A stretch of DNA of 42,000 nt, from positions 1 to 42,000 of IMG/VR virus record IMGVR_UViG_3300031606_000394; one strand, written 5' to 3'. Below are positions 28,564-37,478 of the stretch, piece after piece. This stretch comes from a virus. Its lineage: Duplodnaviria; Caudoviricetes. The notes beneath the pieces are model-generated. The model saw only the letters and a list, made by a program, of their open reading frames with translations. It was not told the origin of the DNA and searched no databases. Both the position numbers and the translations under genes were made by a program. How positions within the stretch are numbered: position 1 is the first letter of the stretch; each line of letters opens with the position of its first letter.

Positions 28564-28918
28564 TGGCGTTTCTTCCGCGAGTGCCAGCCTCCTTTTGGAA
28601 TTCAGCTAAAATTTCCTTAGAGGTTTTGGGGGAAGAGCCTCGGCGTTGTGTCTTCGGTGATTTTGATGGAGAAACTGTTCCGGCAATTTGCCCGAGTGTC
28701 TCGTTTGGGTTCGGGTATTTTGTTATCTCTACGTCTAGCCCAGACAGATCGGGAATTTCAACTTCAGAATCTTCATCAAGGCTCTCTTCATGGCTTTGCT
28801 CGCTTTCTTCTCCAGATCCCGAAAAAGAAAGCCCACAAGATTGGCAAAATCTAGGCTTTTCTCCGGAATAGAGATTAAGTGACCCGCAGCTAGGGCAGTA
28901 CATTTTTAATTTACTCAT
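28556..28918 (-). CDS. Zinc-ribbon protein
   Basis: YCPSCG...FCQSCG followed by an acidic stretch; GAGG RBS and TGCTATGAT extended -10 upstream. Confidence 0.75.
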   Translation of the reverse strand: MSKLKMYCPSCGSLNLYSGEKPRFCQSCGLSFSGSGEESEQSHEESLDEDSEVEIPDLSGLDVEITKYPNPNETLGQIAGTVSPSKSPKTQRRGSSPKTSKEILAEFQKEAGTRGRNANG

Positions 28919-29005
28919 AGTTTTTTCCTCTCATATCATAGCATCAAATGACGACAAATAAATATAAATAATTATTTATTTATAAATTAAAGTGTAAATA
29001 TAGAT

Positions 29006-29269
29006 ATGAAGCTATCGTCTAGATTGGCTGAATTAGACGCAATTTTTGAGGAAATAGAAGAACTTACACTTCCTCACTGCAAATCCTCGAACCCGGATTT
29101 CTGCTTGATGTCATGTAGAGCCAACAATATAGCCCACGAAGGCAGAATGGCTTTATATAAAATAGGATGCTCGATTGAGCCAAAAGACTTAGATATTCCT
29201 CACAAAGGAGGCGATTGGGGCGAATACGCAGCGCGTCGAGAAGAGCAAGAGAAAAAAGGTCTTTCTTAG
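29006..29269 (+). CDS. Hypothetical protein
   Basis: 87 aa; AGTGTA motif 9 nt before the ATG. Confidence 0.6.
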   Translation: MKLSSRLAELDAIFEEIEELTLPHCKSSNPDFCLMSCRANNIAHEGRMALYKIGCSIEPKDLDIPHKGGDWGEYAARREEQEKKGLS

Positions 29270-29478
29270 CTCTTGCATCTGCAATCAAGATTTTTACAAC
29301 ACTTTTTTTGATGGCAAGCGCACTTGCACTTATTTAGATTACACAATCCCACTTTACAAAACCAGTGTCTAAAGCTTCCCAATAATTTACTCATAATCTT
29401 ATTTTTTCTTAGTCTTTCTTGCCCATGGTTTGGATCTTTCTTTTTAAACTTTCCGATGCTTGAGCTCCACGTTCCCAT
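29266..29478 (-). CDS. Small basic Cys-rich protein
   Basis: C-terminal CKVGLCNLNKCKCACHQKKCCKNLDCRC; AGTGTA motif 10 nt before the ATG. Confidence 0.5.
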   Translation of the reverse strand: MGTWSSSIGKFKKKDPNHGQERLRKNKIMSKLLGSFRHWFCKVGLCNLNKCKCACHQKKCCKNLDCRCKS

Positions 29479-29500
29479 TTGTTAATAATACACTTAAAGT

Positions 29501-29899
29501 CTATAACTCTTCTATTCTTTTTGCTTTGTCATCTACGACTAGGTCGTATGGAGGCTTGATATGCGTCCCCTTAGTCCCTGTTGACAACTCGTGGAACTTA
29601 CAGCCCCAAGACTTTAGCTGTGCTAAAGTAAACTCATAATAGCATCTCCCTGCCGCTACAGACTTCGGAGACCCTCCTCTGGCTGTCCAGTAAATGATTC
29701 GCCAACCTTCGTCGTATAACTTATTTATTTTCGCGATATTCTCTTCGCTTGGCTCCGCCATGTTGTATTGCCTTTTGTCGGGATAAAAGCATATGGTTTC
29801 GTCGATGTCGACTAAAGCTACTCTTCGCTCGCCTTCTTCCGATAGCCTTTTTGACTCATGGAAGTCTTGATTCGCTGCAAACTCTGGGTGTTGGTTCAT
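29501..29899 (-). CDS. HAD-superfamily phosphatase (capless; capsule-biosynthesis phosphatase-like)
   Basis: VDIDETI, YWTARG and KP...VDDKA. Confidence 0.85.
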   Translation of the reverse strand: MNQHPEFAANQDFHESKRLSEEGERRVALVDIDETICFYPDKRQYNMAEPSEENIAKINKLYDEGWRIIYWTARGGSPKSVAAGRCYYEFTLAQLKSWGCKFHELSTGTKGTHIKPPYDLVVDDKAKRIEEL

Positions 29900-30699
29900 T
29901 TTGACCTCCTTTTCCTTTTCGGGGCGGGCTTTGGTTTTGGTTTTGAAGCTTTGGGTTTAGACGCTTTACAGTGTCCGGGCATAATTGCTTTTATCTCGTC
30001 AACTAACCCCAACTGTAGACATTCGTCTGCGTCAATCCACCAGTCTTTGCGATCCCAATTTCTTTTAATTTTTTGATTTGTTAGCTTAGACCTTGATGTG
30101 AAGATATCTACGATTCTTTGTTCTATTCTTTTAACTAATCTTACCTCGTCTTCGACCTCATAAGTCTTGCCAATCGCTCCGAAGGCAGCTCTATGAATCA
30201 TCATCCATGCTTGGTGACCTATCCACCTTACATCTCCAGCCTGAAGTAAAATACCAGCCATTGAAGCGGCCATGCCTAATGACCCAGTTATGATCTTATG
30301 TCCTGAAGCCCTTAGCTCTTGAATAAAGTCAAACAACTCAAAGCCATCGATAATACTACCGCCGGGAGAAGAAAAGACGATTTCTATATCGCACTTTGGA
30401 TCTTCTCTATGCCACAGCGTCAGTTTCGACATGCATGCCGCCACAGAAGCGGAACTAACATCTCGATTAAATCTGTAGAGGTGGTTCTCTTCGTCGGTAT
30501 GCATTTCTTTTTGCTGCTTCCTCCACGCGGTGTGCGCTTCTACTTCGGCTTTTAGGGCTGCGGCTTCAGCAATCCTCGTTTCGGCGACTTCGTGTCTTGT
30601 TTCTTCTTCCAGTTTCACGATGCCGGCGTTTAGAGCGGTAATTTCAATACGAAGTTTTTCGTTTTCTATTTGTAGTTTTTCTTTTTCTTCTTTAGTCAT
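29896..30699 (-). CDS. clpP: ClpP-family protease with N-terminal coiled coil
   Basis: SSPGGS, GMAASMA (catalytic Ser), MIHR (His) and DWWIDADECLQLGLVDEI. Confidence 0.88.
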   Translation of the reverse strand: MTKEEKEKLQIENEKLRIEITALNAGIVKLEEETRHEVAETRIAEAAALKAEVEAHTAWRKQQKEMHTDEENHLYRFNRDVSSASVAACMSKLTLWHREDPKCDIEIVFSSPGGSIIDGFELFDFIQELRASGHKIITGSLGMAASMAGILLQAGDVRWIGHQAWMMIHRAAFGAIGKTYEVEDEVRLVKRIEQRIVDIFTSRSKLTNQKIKRNWDRKDWWIDADECLQLGLVDEIKAIMPGHCKASKPKASKPKPKPAPKRKRRSK

Positions 30700-31487
30700 T
30701 GTTTCTTCCCTCCCTGACCAAGTTTCTTAACTAAGAATTTTACTAACTCTGAGCGCATGATATCGTCTTCGGAAAAAGAGAAGTTGTGAATGCCCATTTT
30801 CTTACTCTCTTCGTCTTCGAAAATTCTATACATTTTTTCAAAGCCTCCGGAGAGATTGGTATTTTTGATGTCTGTTTGCATCGGGTCAGCCAAGACAAAA
30901 CATCTACATCCTTCCCCCATCCTAGTTAAAACAGTAATGATTTCTTTTTCCGTACAGTTTTGAGCCTCGTCTAAAATTACGCATTTATTTGTCCAATTCA
31001 TTCCTCTAGCGAAGTTCACGGGGAACATTGAAACCCTTTTTTCTTCCTCTAACTTTTCGGGTCTAGTGGAAACTAGTAATTCGTCAAGCTTGTCTAGAAA
31101 GGGCAAGTTGTAAAATGCAAGCTTATCTTCCGCGCTCCCCGGCAGAAATCCTAAGCTGTGCGCGCTACTTTCTACGGCTGATCGTAGGTACATTATATCG
31201 CTTATCATCTTCATGTTTAGAAGTTGAAGACCGCAATAGACAGAAAGCAGCGTCTTGCTCGTGCCTGCTGGACCGCTTACGAAGATTAACTTAGTTTCTT
31301 TATCTAGAGCGAGTTTGAAGAATTTTTTTTGGTTTTCGCTCCAGTTGAAGTTTTTTAGTTTGATTTTGCTTTTGATAGGATTAGGAACAGTAAAGCCTGT
31401 TAAAGCTTCTTCAATTTCTTCAACTGTCTCCTTCTTAATTTGATTTCTAGATTTTTTTCTAAAACTCTTTTTCGGTGGTGTCGACAT
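30696..31487 (-). CDS. phoH: PhoH-family ATPase
   Basis: GPAGTSKT, LGFLPG, ARG, ILDEAQN, LTRMG, DPMQTD and DIMRS. Confidence 0.92.
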   Translation of the reverse strand: MSTPPKKSFRKKSRNQIKKETVEEIEEALTGFTVPNPIKSKIKLKNFNWSENQKKFFKLALDKETKLIFVSGPAGTSKTLLSVYCGLQLLNMKMISDIMYLRSAVESSAHSLGFLPGSAEDKLAFYNLPFLDKLDELLVSTRPEKLEEEKRVSMFPVNFARGMNWTNKCVILDEAQNCTEKEIITVLTRMGEGCRCFVLADPMQTDIKNTNLSGGFEKMYRIFEDEESKKMGIHNFSFSEDDIMRSELVKFLVKKLGQGGKKQ

Positions 31488-31523
31488 AATTTGATGCTCT
31501 ATAATAATATTTACACTAAAATA

Positions 31524-32525
31524 CTATTCTGCATCAAAGAAAAACATATGAAAAAGTCTACTATTCTCTTTTTTATTACCGAAATATTTGGTTGCGGAGT
31601 GTACTAACTGCGCGTCCCATATTGCCATCCTGTTATAAACATTACCTATAACGTCTACCAATTCCCAGTTCGTTCCATCATAAAAATCCCCATTAAACAT
31701 TTCCCAAAAAAGCTCTTCAGTATCTTTCCCGAGTCTATCGCAGTCAGATTCTTTGGGGTAATGCATTAGCCCGTTGTTCTTACTTTTCCAAAAGCTAGAG
31801 CCGCAGCTTGGAGGAGCGTCTGGAGTTAGGTAAACTACTGCTGCATATTTTTGACCATCCACATGATAAACCAGCTGGTCTTCGGACGTGCAAAATTGAA
31901 AAACTCCATTAGTTCCGTAGTCCCATTTCGTTATTTTTTTCTTTAGCGAGTCTTCGAGAAATTCTTTCGTGCCGGGAAAAACAAAACTTAGCTCCGTTCT
32001 TTGTCCTTTGTGGCTTTCTATATGGGGATTAAATTCTTGGCCAAGAGCAAAATCCCTCACCGCATCTGGATCGTTATAAAAGTCATCGACGACCACTAAA
32101 CTCGGATGAGTGTTGTTAACAGAAATCGCGGGTTGGTCTCCCTTATATAGATTAGTCTTTCCTAGGTTTTCGAAGTCAGCGCTTAAAAAGGTTCTATGTT
32201 CTTCACCAATATATATTTGCAGTTCTCCCTTAGCAACCCCATCGTCTTTTACGAATGGGATATCAAACCCGCAAGCCAGTGGAGCTCCTGATTCAGGATA
32301 GGTCTTTTTCACGTCTGGTCTATCTGTTTCAAAGGCTATATAGCTCTTGGTGCGACCACCGTAATCTAATAAGAGTCTAACTTGGGGGTTATGTGCTTCA
32401 ATGCCTCCAGTAACCTGAGGGTTATCGTTAGTCAGGAAAACCCAGCCAGAGATTCTCCATTCTCCCCCCTTCTTTCCGAAGAAATCTATGTGAGCCTTTA
32501 CATTATTTAGTGACGTCTCATGCAT
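31524..32525 (-). CDS. 2OG-Fe(II) oxygenase (DUF6445-like) with N-terminal Ig-like domain
   Basis: VVVDDFYNDPDAVR, HVD, AVVYLTP, NVYNR, HSA and RLFHMFF; N-terminal ISGW...RPDV...GF pattern. Confidence 0.8.
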   Translation of the reverse strand: MHETSLNNVKAHIDFFGKKGGEWRISGWVFLTNDNPQVTGGIEAHNPQVRLLLDYGGRTKSYIAFETDRPDVKKTYPESGAPLACGFDIPFVKDDGVAKGELQIYIGEEHRTFLSADFENLGKTNLYKGDQPAISVNNTHPSLVVVDDFYNDPDAVRDFALGQEFNPHIESHKGQRTELSFVFPGTKEFLEDSLKKKITKWDYGTNGVFQFCTSEDQLVYHVDGQKYAAVVYLTPDAPPSCGSSFWKSKNNGLMHYPKESDCDRLGKDTEELFWEMFNGDFYDGTNWELVDVIGNVYNRMAIWDAQLVHSATKYFGNKKENSRLFHMFFFDAE

Positions 32526-33465
32526 ATTTATTCTTATACCATTTTACCGTTTTTTCAAGACCTTTGTCGAAATTAGTTCTAGGCTTCCATTTTAACTCTT
32601 TAATAACCTTGGAGCTATCTATGGCATATCTTAAGTCATGCCCGAGCCGATCTTTCACATGCTCAACATGTTCGGCCATATCAATTTTCAACATATCACA
32701 TATCATCGATATGGTTTGTAGATTCGTTTTCTCGCAATTCGCCCCTACTAAATATGTTTCACCCATATTTCCATTTTTCAAAATTTTCCATAGTGCCGAG
32801 CAGTGATCGGCCACATATATCCAGTCTCTAACATTTTCTCCATTACCGTATACGGGAATTTTGCCTCCACCTATTAATGATCGGATAATCGTAGGTATAA
32901 ACTTTTCATCATGCTGATTCGGACCATAATTATTTGAGCAGTTGGAGATTGTCGCTTTAACTCCGTACGTATTGACATACGCCCTAACTAAAAGGTCTGA
33001 GGCGGCTTTGGTTGCTGAGTATGGATTCTTTGGGGCGTAGGGGGTGTCCTCTGAGAACTTTTCCTTGCCCTTCGCTTCTCCATAAACCTCATCGGTGGAA
33101 ACATGGTGAAACCTTGCTTTGTATTTTTTGCAAACCTCCAATAAAGAATGCGTTCCAATAATATTTGATTTTATGAAAACGTCTGGATTTTTGATGGAAT
33201 TATCTACATGGGACTCGGCCGCCAGATGAACGACGTGGGTGATATCGTGCTTATAGAAGGTGTCATAAACTCTTTTGCGATCTGATAGGTCATATTTTTC
33301 AAATAGATATTTAGGATTGCGGGAGACTTCCCTTGTATTACGTAACGAGCCCGCATAAGAAAGACAATCGACATTAACCAGCTTACAAATACTTTTTTTG
33401 TTTATTACATGATTTATGAAGTTCGACCCTATAAACCCACATCCTCCTGTAACTAACAAGTTCAT
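32518..33465 (-). CDS. rmlB: dTDP-glucose 4,6-dehydratase
   Basis: TGGCGFIGS, HLAAESHVDNS, STDEVYG, YSATK, NNYGP and RDWIYVADH. Confidence 0.95.
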   Translation of the reverse strand: MNLLVTGGCGFIGSNFINHVINKKSICKLVNVDCLSYAGSLRNTREVSRNPKYLFEKYDLSDRKRVYDTFYKHDITHVVHLAAESHVDNSIKNPDVFIKSNIIGTHSLLEVCKKYKARFHHVSTDEVYGEAKGKEKFSEDTPYAPKNPYSATKAASDLLVRAYVNTYGVKATISNCSNNYGPNQHDEKFIPTIIRSLIGGGKIPVYGNGENVRDWIYVADHCSALWKILKNGNMGETYLVGANCEKTNLQTISMICDMLKIDMAEHVEHVKDRLGHDLRYAIDSSKVIKELKWKPRTNFDKGLEKTVKWYKNKYA

Positions 33466-34085
33466 TTATAAATATTAAAAAATTCTTCTGTAGATATAAC
33501 GTTAAATATATCGTTTCTGTTTTTTTTAAAAAATTTCCAATCTAAGCATCGCTCTAGACTATGAGCTTTGTATACTTCCTGCTCGCCCTTCTCCAGTATA
33601 CCACAGCCTAAATCACAATCAACAATATTAAGTTTTAAATCATTTCGACTACATCTAATCTTCACGATAGATCGCCAAACCGTACCACACCATCTACCGT
33701 GCATTGGCTTCTCTTGAGCCATGTCCCACTCAGGGGGCATGCAGTCATGTATAATAATTACTCCTCCCTCATTTAGGTGCTTTAAAGAACTGTCTATATC
33801 TTTGTCTACGTCTGCCTCTTTGTGTGAACCATCGACGAAAATAATATCATAATTTCTTTCAATATATTTTTTGAAGAAAGCGTCGGACGTACATGGAGCA
33901 TATAGTTTTATACGCTTGTTCGATTCAACATTCGCGAGGTCCTCTAGCGTTTTCCTATCGACCCCGGATTTGTGCTCGCATTTTATCTGGTTAAAGTTTT
34001 TGTCACAATCCGCCAGACCTATTTCTAAATAGCTTGTATACCCTCTACTCTTTATCAGGTAGTTTATGAAGTCAAACCTCCACAT
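33462..34085 (-). CDS. Class I SAM-dependent methyltransferase (Methyltransf_24-like)
   Basis: YLEIG, TSDAFF, DIIFVDGSH and GGVIIIHD. Confidence 0.85.
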   Translation of the reverse strand: MWRFDFINYLIKSRGYTSYLEIGLADCDKNFNQIKCEHKSGVDRKTLEDLANVESNKRIKLYAPCTSDAFFKKYIERNYDIIFVDGSHKEADVDKDIDSSLKHLNEGGVIIIHDCMPPEWDMAQEKPMHGRWCGTVWRSIVKIRCSRNDLKLNIVDCDLGCGILEKGEQEVYKAHSLERCLDWKFFKKNRNDIFNVISTEEFFNIYK

Positions 34086-34962
34086 TTTCTTTCCAATTTT
34101 TTAATGAATCTATGATTGCATCTTCCGCGCTCCTTATTTCAACTCCTGCGGAAATCAATTTTGAATTATCGAGAACACAATTAGATCTTGCAGCTTTCGC
34201 TGCAACTTTATACATTTCTTCTTCGCTTTTGAAAAACTCAAAGTCTTTAGATAAATTTAAATATTTTTTAATTAGAGTCACAACCCTCTGGGCTGTGACG
34301 GAGCCAGAATTAACAACATTATAAATTCCATATTCAGAATCATTAAGCCAAAGCTCAATACATGCTTTGACAAAATCACTTCTATGAGAAATAGAATTCT
34401 TCATATCAAGAAGTCTGTCATATTTTTGAAGTTTAGTTAAATAATTGCGAGGACTGTCGTACTCATCAAATGGTATTCTTAATCTCCATATATAGTGCTG
34501 GTCATACATATTAGTTATGTAATGTTCACCAAGAGCTTTTGTCCCGCTGTAATAACTGCATGGTGGACTATCAAAGCAAAAGTTAGGCTCGTCCTCTTCA
34601 GTGAAGTCTTTCTCATATCCGCCGTATATACAGCCTGAAGATACATGACCGAAAGGTATGTCAAAGGCTTTGCATGCTTTAGCAATAGTTCTTGGAAGCT
34701 CTGCGTTAGCCAAAAGCGTTTCCTCCTTATTGTCCTCGCAAACGTCTACGTTCGGCTTGCCCGTAAAACCCGCGCAGTTAATTACAAAGGTAGGATTGGT
34801 TGAATGAAAAAACCCAATCAAATGATCAAAGTTATAATAATCTATAGTCTTTCTACTAATCTCAAAAAATCTAATATCTCTATCAATTAATTCATGGATG
34901 AATTGTTGACCGATATAACCAGATGCGCCGATTAATATTACTAAATTGTTATTATTATTCAT
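34072..34962 (-). CDS. NDP-4-keto-6-deoxyglucose reductase (RmlD-like; NRS/ER epimerase-reductase type motifs)
   Basis: GASGYIG, INCAGFTGKPNVDVCE, SSGCIY, YSGTK, RLRIP and RSNCVLD. Confidence 0.85.
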   Translation of the reverse strand: MNNNNNLVILIGASGYIGQQFIHELIDRDIRFFEISRKTIDYYNFDHLIGFFHSTNPTFVINCAGFTGKPNVDVCEDNKEETLLANAELPRTIAKACKAFDIPFGHVSSGCIYGGYEKDFTEEDEPNFCFDSPPCSYYSGTKALGEHYITNMYDQHYIWRLRIPFDEYDSPRNYLTKLQKYDRLLDMKNSISHRSDFVKACIELWLNDSEYGIYNVVNSGSVTAQRVVTLIKKYLNLSKDFEFFKSEEEMYKVAAKAARSNCVLDNSKLISAGVEIRSAEDAIIDSLKNWKENVEV

Positions 34963-35195
34963 CTTTCGAAATAGTCTGTATAGTTACATCCACTATGCTT
35001 TATATCTTTGATTTTTATTACAGGGTATGTCCTAGGTCTTTTAGTTGCATCCATTTCTTTATCTCTTTGTCTACATTGGTCCCATTGTTCTTGCTCATGA
35101 ATAGTTTTGTAATCTGATGGGTTATATTTTCCTGTGAAAAAGACCTCCCAACAAAGTTTTAATCTATTTTTCCAACTTAGACTGTGCTTATCCAT
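34959..35195 (-). CDS. Hypothetical protein
   Basis: 78 aa ORF coupled by ATGA overlap within the rml cluster. Confidence 0.55.
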   Translation of the reverse strand: MDKHSLSWKNRLKLCWEVFFTGKYNPSDYKTIHEQEQWDQCRQRDKEMDATKRPRTYPVIKIKDIKHSGCNYTDYFER

Positions 35196-35213
35196 GATGC
35201 CTTGGCTGTTGTG

Positions 35214-36074
35214 TCATTTACCTAAAACCTTCTCTAAATAGTCTTTATAGTCGCAATCTGGGATACTTTGCATGTTCATCATGAGCTCAGACTTAGTTAT
35301 CAGTCCCGATCTTAGCGCAGCCTCCTCTGGGCAGCCGATTTTAATACCCTGTCTCCTCTCGATGACTTCAACGTACTCAGAAGACTCGTGGAAGCTTCTG
35401 CTAGTGCCCGCATCGAGCCAAACGCATCCGCGATTTATTGGATATACTTTTAATTCTTTTTTATTAAGATAATGTCGAATTACATCTGTGATTTCCATCT
35501 CTCCTCTGGCGGAAGGCTTAATTCCTGCTGCAATGTCTACTACTGAATTTTCAAATATATATAGTCCCGGAATTGCGAAGTTGCTTTTAGGGGTTTTTGG
35601 CTTTTCTTCGATAGAAATCGCATTTTGAGCATCATCAAATTCAACCACCCCATATCTAGTCGGATCATTTACCTCATATCCGAAAATAGCTCCACCTGAT
35701 TGGAATTCTTCAAAGGCTTTCTTAAATACATTAGAACCATAAAATATATTATCTCCGAGTATGAGAGCTACGTCATCATCTTCTATGTGTTCTTTTGCTA
35801 TTGTAAAGGCTTGTGGTATGCCCGTGGGCGTTGGTTGTACTTCGTATGTAATGTTTACGCCGAATTGACTCCCATCGCTCAATAAGTTACTAAAATTAAA
35901 TATTTGTTCTGGAGATGATATTAAGCAAATGTCTTTTATTCCGCTCTCTATTAATGTAGTCAGCGGGTAGTAGATCATTGGCTTGTCATATACCGGCAGC
36001 AAACCCTTCGTAATGGCGCGAGATAGCGGCCAGAGACGCGTTCCTTTACCTCCTGCTAGGATTATACCTTTCAT
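35214..36074 (-). CDS. rmlA: Glucose-1-phosphate thymidylyltransferase
   Basis: MKGIILAGGKGTRL, LLPVYDKPMIYYPL, LGDNIF, EEKP, SARGEMEITD and WLDAGT. Confidence 0.96.
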   Translation of the reverse strand: MKGIILAGGKGTRLWPLSRAITKGLLPVYDKPMIYYPLTTLIESGIKDICLISSPEQIFNFSNLLSDGSQFGVNITYEVQPTPTGIPQAFTIAKEHIEDDDVALILGDNIFYGSNVFKKAFEEFQSGGAIFGYEVNDPTRYGVVEFDDAQNAISIEEKPKTPKSNFAIPGLYIFENSVVDIAAGIKPSARGEMEITDVIRHYLNKKELKVYPINRGCVWLDAGTSRSFHESSEYVEVIERRQGIKIGCPEEAALRSGLITKSELMMNMQSIPDCDYKDYLEKVLGK

Positions 36075-36077
36075 TTT

Positions 36078-36542
36078 TTATAAGTCTTCTTTGCTCAAAT
36101 GCGGGCGTTCTGCCCAGTAGGGAGCACCATAGCTAATTGTCAGTTCGTCGTTAGGCATTATGTGTCTCTGTGCGCGAAATATTATGTATTGTTCTTTTAC
36201 ATTATCAGTTAGCTGATTTTTACAAAAAAACTCCCAAGATAGGTTTGGGCGATCTGAGTGATTGTACATTGCTCCGAATCCCAACATGAGCATCACTGGC
36301 TTCACTCTTTCTTTGTACTCCTCTGAGTCATCGACTGAGCGCTTAAACATGTCTGGGTCAGTTAAAGCGAAAATATAATCATTTAATGGCGAGGGTATCT
36401 TTTCATGAGTAGTCTTTACGTACGGGCAAAACTCCACTAGCTCTTCAGGAGCTATTGGCTTCGTGCAGAATACCCCTCTGCCGAGATCGCAATTTCTAAC
36501 TTCTACTTTCACTTTTGTAGGTCTGTAGCTCCATTTTCCCAT
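36078..36542 (-). CDS. SET-domain methyltransferase
   Basis: GRGVF, YNHSDRPN and ELTISYG; start placed at MGKWSY, downstream of the predicted promoter. Confidence 0.85.
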   Translation of the reverse strand: MGKWSYRPTKVKVEVRNCDLGRGVFCTKPIAPEELVEFCPYVKTTHEKIPSPLNDYIFALTDPDMFKRSVDDSEEYKERVKPVMLMLGFGAMYNHSDRPNLSWEFFCKNQLTDNVKEQYIIFRAQRHIMPNDELTISYGAPYWAERPHLSKEDL

Positions 36543-36561
36543 TCTCACATAGCTCCCAGCT

Positions 36562-36590
36562 ATATTAGTAAGGGTATATGCAAAAAGCAA
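36562..36590 (-). promoter_or_regulatory. sigma70-type promoter for the SET-rml operon
   Basis: TTGCTT-N17-TAATAT on the minus strand. Confidence 0.55.
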
Positions 36591-36733
36591 TATTTTAAAG
36601 GTGCTTTCGCGGATTTTTTTGGAATTGTTTATTAATAAGATTTAAATTGGCTGGGGAGAAAGAAAATTAACACCCCCCCACTTGTTGACTAAAAGAAGAG
36701 CCATAATTTTTCAATAATGGGGTGGGTGCCCTT

Positions 36734-36985
36734 TTACTTAATGGCCGACATAAAATAACCAAGGACAAAGAGAAAGACCGCGCTCGCGACCAACCCCGCG
36801 AGCAAAATAGAGAAAATAGCCTTGATGGAATCCCAAACCTTCGCCAACTTGCTTGGCTCCTTTGCAAAATACTTTTCTCTCATCAGTTTAACCCTACCGT
36901 CAGCCTTGGCTTGTTGGTAGTCAAGAATCTCGCGCATTTTCCTTATGTCCCGCGCTCTGTTGTTCCCTCTGTAAGTGGTTCGCAT
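36734..36985 (-). CDS. Small protein with C-terminal TM helix
   Basis: 83 aa; AIFSILLAGLVASAVFLFVLGYF. Confidence 0.7.
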   Translation of the reverse strand: MRTTYRGNNRARDIRKMREILDYQQAKADGRVKLMREKYFAKEPSKLAKVWDSIKAIFSILLAGLVASAVFLFVLGYFMSAIK

Positions 36986-36989
36986 AAAA

Positions 36990-37244
36990 TTAGCCTTTCA
37001 CTAAAGTGTTGTCGTCGTGGACTTCCAAATCCTGCAGGAAATCCGTAACCTCATCGAGGGATGCGTAAAACACATCCTCGAATGCTACTGACTCACCATA
37101 ACCATCTCCAAATGCGTTTTCTAACCAAGCACCTTCGCAAGGTACGATGTTGACAAGGCGGCAAGGCTCGCCCGTGTTTGCATTGATGTAAATCCTCCCG
37201 CATTGGAGGTTGTTTGCTTTTTGGTTTAATCTCATTTCTTTCAT
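36990..37244 (-). CDS. Small early protein, paralog family X (copy 1)
   Basis: QKANNLQCGRIY...RLVNIVPCEGAWLENAFGDGYGESVAFEDVFYA matches 37963 and 39219; leaderless after its promoter. Confidence 0.8.
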   Translation of the reverse strand: MKEMRLNQKANNLQCGRIYINANTGEPCRLVNIVPCEGAWLENAFGDGYGESVAFEDVFYASLDEVTDFLQDLEVHDDNTLVKG

Positions 37245-37279
37245 TGCTATAATATAACCCCATTTCTTAAAAAAGTCAA
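37245..37279 (-). promoter_or_regulatory. Class A sigma70 promoter, leaderless
   Basis: TTGACT-N17-TATATT-N6-ATG. Confidence 0.85.
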
Positions 37280-37306
37280 GGGCTGGAGGGCATTTTTCTT
37301 AAAAAG

Positions 37307-37327
37307 ATATTCACAGGGTGTTAATAA
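37307..37327. promoter_or_regulatory. Inverted pair of DnaA-box-like 9-mers
   Basis: ATATTCACA (37307-37315) and TGTTAATAA (37319-37327), each one mismatch from TTATNCACA. Confidence 0.5.
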
Positions 37328-37339
37328 CTTTTCCATAGG

Positions 37340-37372
37340 TTGGCACGGCGGGCGCTGCACGTCCCGTGCCAA
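37340..37372. repeat. 33-bp dual sigma54-like palindrome, copy 1
   Basis: TTGGCACG-gcgggc-GCTGCAC-gtcc-CGTGCCAA. Confidence 0.85.
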
Positions 37373-37379
37373 CCTTTAG

Positions 37380-37400
37380 GTGGGACATTGGCTGTCCACC
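37380..37400 (-). promoter_or_regulatory. Class B operator-like inverted repeat without a -10
   Basis: Minus strand GGTGGAC-N7-GTCCCAC, 7 bp from palindrome copy 1. Confidence 0.6.
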
Positions 37401-37478
37401 CTCTGAAAGTTTTTTCCCGACCCTCGTTTGAGTACTGTTTTCGTGGGGTATTCTGCACCAACTTTCTGCTCTGTGGAT

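Noticed and set aside
29896-30699. ClpP as the head maturation protease
   Set aside because: It lies far from the capsid genes, and a protease/scaffold gene already precedes the MCP.
3051-36000. Short antisense ORFs overlapping the major genes (e.g. 3569, 5837, 21436, 21979, 25460, 28563)
   Set aside because: They lie fully opposite well-supported CDSs and show the Ser/Phe/Leu-rich composition of antisense frames.
36591-36733. Possible genome terminus or origin at the AT-rich junction with a C7 run
   Set aside because: It marks a change in gene style, but no terminal repeat or iteron is visible; read data would be needed.
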